This document shows, piece by piece, positions 8,614 through 15,712 of a stretch of 64,000 nucleotides of DNA. This DNA is from Candidatus Nitrosomaritimum khambatensis. Lineage in GTDB: Archaea; Thermoproteota; Nitrososphaeria; Nitrososphaerales; Nitrosopumilaceae. The notes beneath the pieces are model-generated. The model did no database searches and had not been told where the DNA came from. It saw only the letters and a program-made list of their open reading frames with translations. Position numbers and translations under genes: made by a program. The number at the start of each line of letters is the position of its first letter. Positions within the stretch are counted from its first letter, which is position 1. The DNA lies in contig WVWY01000001.1 of the NCBI GenBank assembly GCA_011773785.1, positions 3,085 through 67,084 of the forward strand. The letters are read 5' to 3'.

Positions 8614-9131
8614 TCATTATTTTCACACAATGAATCTTCATTCATCATTTGAGTAAAGTCAAATCCTGAATGAGTCACTGTGATTTGATAAGGAATTACG
8701 CCTATAATTCGAGTATCGTATGTGGTTTTTAGGATCATTTCTGTTGGGTCTATTCTCATAGGAACTTCACCTGCAAACTGGCCATCCATATGCATGAAAA
8801 GATACTGGGATTCTGAATAACTATCAGAAGAAAACTTTACTTCCAGGATTTGAGATGATTCTGGTTCCAAGGTCTGCTGTCCTATTGCAAATGTTCCTTT
8901 CACATCCTCTCTGTAAAGTGCCTCAATTCTTAATCCATTAAAGGTGACAAAAAATGGATTGGGATTGCAAAGTTTTATTCTTTCATAGTTTGCCATATCA
9001 AAATAACTAAATTTCTCATCTGCAGTTCTAATCTGAATTTGCTCAATAGAGTAAATATTCCAAAATCCATACAACACAGGAATTACTATTACAATTATTG
9101 CAATTGCAGTAATGATGGTATATTTGTTCAT
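8610..9131 (-). CDS. Hypothetical membrane-anchored protein
   Basis: N-terminal TM '[21 protein letters not shown]'. The gene lies 1 nt downstream of the preceding gene on the same strand. Confidence 0.55.
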   Translation of the reverse strand: MNKYTIITAIAIIVIVIPVLYGFWNIYSIEQIQIRTADEKFSYFDMANYERIKLCNPNPFFVTFNGLRIEALYREDVKGTFAIGQQTLEPESSQILEVKFSSDSYSESQYLFMHMDGQFAGEVPMRIDPTEMILKTTYDTRIIGVIPYQITVTHSGFDFTQMMNEDSLCENND

Positions 9132-9132
9132 T

Positions 9133-9798
9133 TTAACCAGTAATTATTTTTCTATCTAGCAAGTTCTGAATAGCGTTTGCAAAAGTTTCATCACTTAGTT
9201 TTTCTTCAAGCCACCATCCGGTAGTAAATTTGAACCATTCAGGAATGTGTATTGTTGCAATGTTATCTTTGTTAATTTCAAATGGAATGCTAATGTCTTG
9301 TTTTTCTACAACTTTGTTAATTGAATCAATGAAGATTCCTGCAGAGACTTGGTTGATGAGCCAACTGTATGCAATTTGTTTTGTTTGAAATGGAATTACA
9401 AGATTTCCCGTATCAATTAATTCAAACTCTGCAGTATGTTCAGCTCCAGAATACTGAACATCAATAAAGTATTTTCCTTCAGGAAAAACCATTTTCTCAA
9501 AAGGATAGAGTGATGGAACATCTGTTTTTAATTCGGATATTTCAAAAGGTATGGCACTACTTCCCTTACCTGATTCATCTCTGATGTGAATTATTGCAAG
9601 GTCTCCGGTGATTTCACTTACCTCTATGGTATAGAACAATTTTTCACCATAAGAGTAGGTCGTTTTTTCCAAAATAATCTGCACATCAGGCTCGGCAAAA
9701 GCTATGGGAATTGCAAATAGGCTAGCCACAAAAACTCCAAGAGCAAGTATGCCTAATTTCACAAAAAACATGGTCGACTTTCGTAATAAAAACCGCAA
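9133..9798 (-). CDS. Hypothetical secreted protein
   Basis: Signal-like 'FFVKLGILALGVFVASLFAIPIAFA'. I recognised no catalytic motif. Confidence 0.55.
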   Translation of the reverse strand: MRFLLRKSTMFFVKLGILALGVFVASLFAIPIAFAEPDVQIILEKTTYSYGEKLFYTIEVSEITGDLAIIHIRDESGKGSSAIPFEISELKTDVPSLYPFEKMVFPEGKYFIDVQYSGAEHTAEFELIDTGNLVIPFQTKQIAYSWLINQVSAGIFIDSINKVVEKQDISIPFEINKDNIATIHIPEWFKFTTGWWLEEKLSDETFANAIQNLLDRKIITG

Positions 9799-9965
9799 GA
9801 ATTTACCAGGAATCTTTTTTAATATCTGCGAGAATTTTTAAACATCGAGTTTTCTGCGGATGCACCTCTTTGAGTGCGGATAAAACCCACTCTTAGAGAT
9901 TTTTACAAATTCAAAGTAAAATGTATGGTTTTACAGTTATTAAAGGGGTTTTTTCTATTGCCGAT

Positions 9966-10424
9966 ATGCCCAGTTTACAAGACAAGGTATGGATACGACT
10001 TTGGAATGAAAATTCTCCTGATATCCGAGATCGAGTAGTTGGATGGCGTAAACAAAGTGCCGTTACTAGAATCGACAGACCTAGCAGAATACAAAGGGCA
10101 AGAAGATTAGGCTACAAAGCAAAACAAGGTATCGTTGTAGTCCGAATGAGAGTTGGAACTGGTGGTATGAGAAAACAAAGACCAACTGGTGGAAGAAGAC
10201 CAAAACATCTTGGTGTTACTCGAATAAAGGGTGATGACAGCATGAAGAAAGTTGCAGAGCGCAGAGTTTTGGAAAAATACCCAAACATGAAACTTTTGGG
10301 CTCTTACTTTGTATACAAAGACGGAAAGCACTATTGGTTTGAAATAATTTTGGCAGACCCACAACATCCAAGAATTGCTCAAGATAAAGAAATTCGAAAT
10401 AGACTAGGCGCATCAGCTGCATAA
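9966..10424 (+). CDS. rpl15e: 50S ribosomal protein L15e
   Basis: 'WRKQSAVTRIDRPSRIQRARRLGYKAKQGIVVVRMRVGTGGMRKQRPTGGRRPKHLGV' is an L15e core. I chose the start at internal ATG 9966 (MPSLQDK); the ORF-track start at 9921 adds 15 non-conserved residues. Confidence 0.85.
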   Translation: MPSLQDKVWIRLWNENSPDIRDRVVGWRKQSAVTRIDRPSRIQRARRLGYKAKQGIVVVRMRVGTGGMRKQRPTGGRRPKHLGVTRIKGDDSMKKVAERRVLEKYPNMKLLGSYFVYKDGKHYWFEIILADPQHPRIAQDKEIRNRLGASAA

Positions 10425-10426
10425 AA

Positions 10427-11251
10427 TTGAATTTTAAATTATTAATTCCAGCATTTTTGATTCTAAGCTTTTCTCCTGCTTTTGGACAACTTTCAGACGC
10501 AACTGGTTTAGTTAATCGGTTTGATATTGAAACTGGAGGTCATATTTTTGAAATCACAACAACTGCAAATTTTGATGTCACTGATGTAGATTTTGACAAG
10601 GATGCAAAACAACTAACATTTCATATTGTAAGTAGCCTTGAAAACAACCTCGGTGAAATTATAATTCCTTCCAACTTGCTTAGCGGAAATTTTACTTTCC
10701 TTCTAAATGATCAGAATTATCAACCTAAAATTAAGACCAATGACAGAATTGCATTTATCACCTTAAACTTCACTGGTGCGGGTGAAAACAAAGTAGATGT
10801 GTTTGCAACAAACTATCTACAAGGTGTTGATGAGGTTGAGCCTGAAATCAATGGTTCTTCTGAAGAAAATCTACCACAAGATGAAGGCGGAGGGTGTTTA
10901 ATTGCAACTGCAACATTTGATTCAGAACTCTCCCCTCAAGTTCAACAGCTCAGAGAATTACGTGATAACAAATTGCTAAAAACACAATCAGGTACTGCAT
11001 TTATCAAACACTTCAATGAATTTTACTACTCTTTTTCCCCATACATTGCCGATTATGAAAGAGAAAATCCCTTATTCAAAGAAGCTGTAAAATTAACAAT
11101 TACTCCAATGTTGGCTAGCCTTTCAATACTAAACCATGTTAATTTGAATTCCGAAGCTCAAGTTGTTGGATTTGGATTAAGTGTAATTGGTTTGAATTTA
11201 GGAATGTACTTTGCAATGCCTGCACTAATCTATTTGAGGTTTAGAAAATGA
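10427..11251 (+). CDS. Secreted protein with a C-terminal 'C-L-I-A-T-A' (CFI-box-like) domain and terminal TM segment
   Basis: Signal peptide 'LLIPAFLILSFSPAFG'. 'GGGCLIATATFDSELSPQVQQLRELRDNKLL...FYYSFSPYIA' matches my recollection of the CFIATAA...REFRD C-terminal domain. The protein ends in a hydrophobic helix plus 'RFRK'. Confidence 0.65.
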   Translation: MNFKLLIPAFLILSFSPAFGQLSDATGLVNRFDIETGGHIFEITTTANFDVTDVDFDKDAKQLTFHIVSSLENNLGEIIIPSNLLSGNFTFLLNDQNYQPKIKTNDRIAFITLNFTGAGENKVDVFATNYLQGVDEVEPEINGSSEENLPQDEGGGCLIATATFDSELSPQVQQLRELRDNKLLKTQSGTAFIKHFNEFYYSFSPYIADYERENPLFKEAVKLTITPMLASLSILNHVNLNSEAQVVGFGLSVIGLNLGMYFAMPALIYLRFRK

Positions 11252-11334
11252 AAAAATCTCTAATCGGAGTAATAGGAATTGCAGTAAGTGTAATTGTATA
11301 TTATTCTCTAATGTCTTATTTGTGGGGCTTTTAG
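11248..11334 (+). CDS. 28-aa single-TM micropeptide, ATGA-overlapped with the preceding gene
   Basis: ATG 11248-11250 overlaps the TGA at 11249-11251 of the upstream gene. The product is MKKSLIGVIGIAVSVIVYYSLMSYLWGF. Confidence 0.4.
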   Translation: MKKSLIGVIGIAVSVIVYYSLMSYLWGF

Positions 11335-11360
11335 AATTTCTAAAGACGTTGAATTGTTTT

Positions 11361-11370
11361 TATTTTAAAT
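11361..11370 (+). promoter_or_regulatory. TATA-like box upstream of the second micropeptide ORF
   Basis: 'tattttaaat' lies about 20 nt upstream of ATG 11386. Confidence 0.25.
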
Positions 11371-11385
11371 CAAATAATTCACCTT

Positions 11386-11466
11386 ATGGAAAATGACAAA
11401 ATAGCAATAATAGCAGGATTTGCAATTGTTGTTGCTTTGTCATTGGCTGTAGTTTACCTACTATGA
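11386..11466 (+). CDS. 26-aa single-TM micropeptide (speculative)
   Basis: MENDKIAIIAGFAIVVALSLAVVYLL, preceded by a TATA-like box. Confidence 0.3.
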   Translation: MENDKIAIIAGFAIVVALSLAVVYLL

Positions 11467-11691
11467 TTTACTTGGAAAATCAGTACAACATTGATAATTT
11501 ATTGAGATACTCTAAATAGAAAAATTGAGGAATGATTATTCCTCGCACGTGTATAATTGCTGTTTTAGCTCTTTGATTTCTTGCTCAAGGAGTCTTTTTT
11601 CTAATTGTATGTTATCAAGGTTCATTGGATTTGATCTTAAAATTTAGGAAAAAGGTCGGAAGGTGAAAAAAATTGATCTTTTGCTTTGAGT

Positions 11692-12357
11692 TTATCCTTC
11701 GTCAATGAGTTTTTGGATCATTGAATCCAGATGTCCTGTTTGGCCAAAGGAGACATCCCTTAAGATCCCTTTTCTATCAACAACTATGGTGGAAGGGGTT
11801 CCCTGCAATGCATATTTTTCAAAGGTCTCTGCAGAATACTCTTTTGACATTAAATGGTCCTTTACTCTTTGGATGATTGAATTGCGATAGTCTTCTGGTT
11901 GAGAATCAAATTCTGGAAGTTGTGCATAGATAAATTTCATAATTTGATCCTGGCTTACTTCTCCTGCTGTTTTGGTAAGATTGTCCATTGCCAATGGAAA
12001 TGGAATTTTAAATGGAAGTTTGTTACCTTCTTTTAGTTGACCATACATTGAGAGTGCATCTTTAGTTTCACCAATAACTTCCCCAGTTTCAGCAAGCATC
12101 TTCAAGTTATCTAGTGTATTTTTATCAAAATCTTCAAAGGCAGTAGCTATTCCCAAAAATCTTACTCCCTCATCTTTGTATTTGTTGTAGAGGTTTATTG
12201 CTTCAGGAATTGCATACATAAAGCATCCTGGACAATTTACTTGAAATACCTCAACGATGACAATTTTGTCTTTTTCTTGGTCTAGGTTTGTTGGTGCACC
12301 TTGTACCCATTCTGAAATTCCTAGATTGGGAGCTTTTTGGCCTATTACTGCACTCAT
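11692..12357 (-). CDS. Thioredoxin-fold thiol-disulfide oxidoreductase (AhpC/TSA / TlpA-like)
   Basis: 'VEVFQVNCPGCFMYAIPEA' contains a CPGC redox motif, and a 'GTPSTIVVDRKG' cis-Pro loop region follows. Confidence 0.7.
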   Translation of the reverse strand: MSAVIGQKAPNLGISEWVQGAPTNLDQEKDKIVIVEVFQVNCPGCFMYAIPEAINLYNKYKDEGVRFLGIATAFEDFDKNTLDNLKMLAETGEVIGETKDALSMYGQLKEGNKLPFKIPFPLAMDNLTKTAGEVSQDQIMKFIYAQLPEFDSQPEDYRNSIIQRVKDHLMSKEYSAETFEKYALQGTPSTIVVDRKGILRDVSFGQTGHLDSMIQKLIDEG

Positions 12358-12432
12358 TGTAAATAATCAAATTTTTTCCATTAAATACATATCTAAAGTC
12401 TCTAGTTTTATGACGAATAATTATTGAATTTC

Positions 12433-12552
12433 TTAATTACACTCTGAACAAATTTTATCACTTTCAACTTTTCCTCTTCTGTGATCCATGAGATATTCAT
12501 GAGAAACTTCTTCCTCTTCCATTTCTTTTCCACACTTTCGACATACAACCAT
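12433..12552 (-). CDS. 39-aa zinc-ribbon-like protein (not in the ORF track)
   Basis: MVVCRKCGKEMEEEEVSHEYLMDHRRGKVESDKICSECN, with CxxC...CxxC pairs at both ends. Confidence 0.45.
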   Translation of the reverse strand: MVVCRKCGKEMEEEEVSHEYLMDHRRGKVESDKICSECN

Positions 12553-12771
12553 AATTAGATTTTCACTTTAATTCTGAGATTCAAAGCCTTTACTGCTGCA
12601 CCAAAGGACGTAATTGCACATACACTATTCCATTTTGTTTAAGGCCTTGACCTCATTATTCGTACACCTTTATCGAATTTAAGAAGTGTGCCTATTATCA
12701 CAACTTAGCATTTGATTTTTGTTTAGTATAATCAGGATCAATCTTAAGTATTATGTTCACATAGTAATAAC

Positions 12772-12865
12772 AACGAGGAACTGCCATTTCCCATTCATGC
12801 GGCAGAGGAGAGCGGATTGGTTTAGTTGCCCCTAGAATTCGTTCGATTTTCCTGAATTCCTCGTT
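12772..12865. other. Structured non-coding element closed by a perfect 9-bp long-range helix
   Basis: 'aacgaggaa' (12772-12780) pairs with 'ttcctcgtt' (12857-12865). Nested inside are ctgcc/ggcag (12781-85 / 12801-05) and two gaattc copies (12835-40 / 12854-59). There is no ORF, and the element is locally more GC-rich than its flanks. Confidence 0.25.
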
Positions 12866-12963
12866 ACTTCTTTTTCAATGAGACGATCAGGATGTAGATT
12901 TTGATATTTGCAAGAAAAATTTTACAAATGATTAGAAAACTATCCTGCGAAATCAGATTAACC

Positions 12964-12971
12964 TAATATAT
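12964..12971 (+). promoter_or_regulatory. TATA box of the HEAT-repeat / multi-cupredoxin gene pair
   Basis: 'taatatat' is centred about 28 nt upstream of ATG 12995. Confidence 0.35.
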
Positions 12972-12994
12972 GACTCTAAAACCACACAAGCCAA

Positions 12995-13483
12995 ATGCAA
13001 GTTGTTACGGATGACCGGCTCCAACTTTTTGCAGAGATGGAGGCAAAGTATGAGCAAAAAGATACTGAATATTTTGTAAAACTATTGGATCATCCTGATT
13101 ATGTTGTAAGAACAAGAGCCACTTGTATTTTGGTAGACTTTGGTGGTGAAGACAAAATTCCTCATGTTGCCAAAGTCCTAAAACATGATGATAATGAACT
13201 TGTAAGACACGAGGCAGCATTTTCTTTGGGTCAAATGGGACTTTCTAGTGGAGTTCCTCCTTTAATTGATGCAACCCTAAATGACCCCAGCATGTTTGTA
13301 AGACACGAAGCAGCAATAGCTCTAGGAGTTGTGGGTTCTAATGATGCCAAAGAAGCTCTGGAAAAAGCACTAAAAGATCCTGATGAACCTGTTGTAGAAT
13401 CAGCAGTTGTTGCATTATCTAATATTGAATTTATGGAAAAATTAAGTAAAAACGAAAAATTTGCAAAATTAACTGGAGGATAA
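12995..13483 (+). CDS. HEAT-repeat (PBS-lyase / EZ-HEAT type) protein
   Basis: Repeated 'D.....VR.EAA.ALG..G' units: 'VRTRATCILVDFG', 'VRHEAAFSLGQMG', 'VRHEAAIALGVVG', 'VVESAVVALSNI'. Confidence 0.75.
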   Translation: MQVVTDDRLQLFAEMEAKYEQKDTEYFVKLLDHPDYVVRTRATCILVDFGGEDKIPHVAKVLKHDDNELVRHEAAFSLGQMGLSSGVPPLIDATLNDPSMFVRHEAAIALGVVGSNDAKEALEKALKDPDEPVVESAVVALSNIEFMEKLSKNEKFAKLTGG

Positions 13484-13486
13484 AAA

Positions 13487-15709
13487 ATGAATCTTACTTA
13501 TGGAATAATGGCAGCAATTGGATTGCTTGTTGCTGGAATCTTGGGTTCTATTGCAATGGATTCAGGATATCTTCAAGATGCACCTGCAATGCCAACAATT
13601 GAAAAACCAACAATTTGTACAAGTGAATATAATCCTGTTTGTGGTGTTGACATGAACACCTATGGAAACCTGTGTAAGGCATTTGTAGCTGAAGTTGAAG
13701 TTTTACACAAAGGTGAATGTGGTGAAATGATTGAAGAACCAATTCCTGTGGATGTTGGAACTTCAATGCCTGTCCCTGAAATCCTAGTATCAATACCTGA
13801 AGGCTCTGGGATGCCAGGATGTGAAGAGACAAACGAATGTTACATTCCTTATTCAGTTAACGTAGGAGTTGGCCAAACCGTATCTTGGAGTAATGATGAC
13901 ACTGCAGCTCACACAGTTACATCTGGAAGCCCAGCTGATGGCCCAGATGGAATGTTTGACTCTAGCATGATTATGGCAGGTGCAACTTTTGAATTTACTT
14001 TTGATGAAGAAGGAACTTTTGTTTACTATTGTATTGTTCATCCTTGGATGATTGGCGAAGTGGTAGTTGGCGATGCTGGTGAAATGATAGTTGAACCTGA
14101 AGAACCTCCACATGATGCTGATATTGATGGATTTACACCTCCACCAGAACCTGAACCAGAACCCGAACCTGAACCCTTAACAGACGTTCCAGTTAGTTCT
14201 GCAATGCCACGAGCTCCAATGACTCATACAGTTGAAATGGCAATTGGCTCTGGAGTTCCAGGATGTGAACAAAACAACGAGTGTTATCTTCCATATTCAT
14301 TAGAGATACTAGTTAGAGACACAGTACTTTGGGACAATATTGATTCAGCTTCACACACTGTAACTGCAGGAACTTCAGCTGATGGACCAACTGGATTATT
14401 TGATAGTGGGTTATTTTTGGCAGGTGCAACTTTTGAATTTACATTTGAAGAAGCAGGAGTTTATCCTTACTTTTGCATGGTTCATCCTTGGATGACTGGA
14501 GAAATTATTGTAAATGAAGTACAAGAAATTATTGTAGAGCCACCACATCCTGCTGCAGATGATAGGGACATGATTGTTGATGAACCAATAGTTGAAGAAA
14601 GAATGTCAGGACCACATGAGGTAGACATGGCAATAGGCTCTGCAGTGCCAGGATGTGAAGAAACTTTAGAATGTTATTTGCCATATCAAATTGAGATTAG
14701 TTCTGGAGAAACTGTTCTTTGGAACAACATTGACTCAGCTGCCCACACAGTAACAAGTGGAGAAGCAGGTGCTCCTGATGGCATTTTTGATTCAGGAATG
14801 GTAATGTCTGGTGGCTCTTACGAGTTTACATTTGTAGAACCAGGTGAATATGATTACTATTGTATGGTTCATCCTTGGATGACAGGCAAAATTATGGTAA
14901 GCGAGTTTGCAGAAATTAAAACCATGGAAGGCGATGCTGTTAGGCAAACTTCCTCAAGTCCATCATCTGAAGAATCACAAACACATGCTTCTCCTGAGGA
15001 GATAAAGGCAATGGTTACAGACGCAATTGCTCTGTATGATGAAATTGGAATGGACTCTTTTGAATCATTTAATTCAAGTCCAGATTTTCACAAATCTGAC
15101 CTTTACATGTTTGTATTTCGAGATTCAGATAGTATAATGATGGCCCATGGGGCAAATGCGGCACTAATTGGAGAATCTGTAGATAAGATTCTTGATATCT
15201 ATGGAGAAAGCATCGGAAAGATGGTTCATGACAAAGCTACCAAAGAAGGTGCTTGGATAGAATATCTCTGGTGGGATCCCACAGACAATGAGACTCATCC
15301 AAAAATTGTTTGGGCGGTAAAACATGACGGCTATATTTTTGGAACTGGTTCATACAGCGATGCTGAACCAACTTCTGTAGAACCCCAGATTGAACCCTCA
15401 GAACTACGTGCGACATCTTTTGAAGTTATTATTCCAGTAGGTTCGCCACTTGAAGGATGTGAGAATCTCAATACTTGCTATGTTCCTTACCAAGCTGAAA
15501 TTAATTCTGGGGAATCAGTAATTTGGAATAATATTGATTCTGCACCACACACAATAACTAGCGGAGCCTCAGAGACTCCTGATGGCATATTTGATTCTGG
15601 ACTGATTATGGCCTCTGAATCATTTGAGTTTACATTTACAGAAGCTGGAGAATATGATTACTATTGTACTACACATCCTTGGATGACTGGCAAAATTATT
15701 GTTGCCTAA
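13487..15709 (+). CDS. Secreted or membrane-anchored mosaic protein: Kazal-like module + 3 cupredoxin (plastocyanin-like) domains + single-Cache-like domain + a 4th cupredoxin
   Basis: N-terminal TM. 'CTSEYNPVCGVDMNTYGNLCKAFVAEVEVLHKGEC' is Kazal-like. Four repeats carry type-1 Cu ligands ('AAHTVTSG...YYCIVHPWMIGEV', 'ASHTVTAG...YFCMVHPWMTGEI', 'AAHTVTSG...YYCMVHPWMTGKI', 'APHTITSG...YYCTTHPWMTGKI'). 'LYMFVFRDSDSIMMAHGANAALIGESV...GAWIEYLWWDP...WAVKHDGYIFGTGSY' resembles sCache_2. Confidence 0.85.
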   Translation: MNLTYGIMAAIGLLVAGILGSIAMDSGYLQDAPAMPTIEKPTICTSEYNPVCGVDMNTYGNLCKAFVAEVEVLHKGECGEMIEEPIPVDVGTSMPVPEILVSIPEGSGMPGCEETNECYIPYSVNVGVGQTVSWSNDDTAAHTVTSGSPADGPDGMFDSSMIMAGATFEFTFDEEGTFVYYCIVHPWMIGEVVVGDAGEMIVEPEEPPHDADIDGFTPPPEPEPEPEPEPLTDVPVSSAMPRAPMTHTVEMAIGSGVPGCEQNNECYLPYSLEILVRDTVLWDNIDSASHTVTAGTSADGPTGLFDSGLFLAGATFEFTFEEAGVYPYFCMVHPWMTGEIIVNEVQEIIVEPPHPAADDRDMIVDEPIVEERMSGPHEVDMAIGSAVPGCEETLECYLPYQIEISSGETVLWNNIDSAAHTVTSGEAGAPDGIFDSGMVMSGGSYEFTFVEPGEYDYYCMVHPWMTGKIMVSEFAEIKTMEGDAVRQTSSSPSSEESQTHASPEEIKAMVTDAIALYDEIGMDSFESFNSSPDFHKSDLYMFVFRDSDSIMMAHGANAALIGESVDKILDIYGESIGKMVHDKATKEGAWIEYLWWDPTDNETHPKIVWAVKHDGYIFGTGSYSDAEPTSVEPQIEPSELRATSFEVIIPVGSPLEGCENLNTCYVPYQAEINSGESVIWNNIDSAPHTITSGASETPDGIFDSGLIMASESFEFTFTEAGEYDYYCTTHPWMTGKIIVA

Positions 15710-15712
15710 ATT

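Noticed and set aside
11533-11627. About 30-aa minus-strand coiled-coil-like ORF (MNLDNIQLEKRLLEQEIKELKQQLYTCEE)
   Set aside because: It is very short with no supporting signals, and its 3' end coincides with a hairpin that may be the real feature.
12560-12990. Long intergenic region considered as SRP RNA, RNase P RNA or 5S rRNA
   Set aside because: I could find none of the conserved motifs I know: the SRP helix-8 GGAA/AGCA asymmetric loop context, RNase P CR-I 'GAGGAAAGUCC', or the 5S loop sequences. Only a generic structured element is reported.
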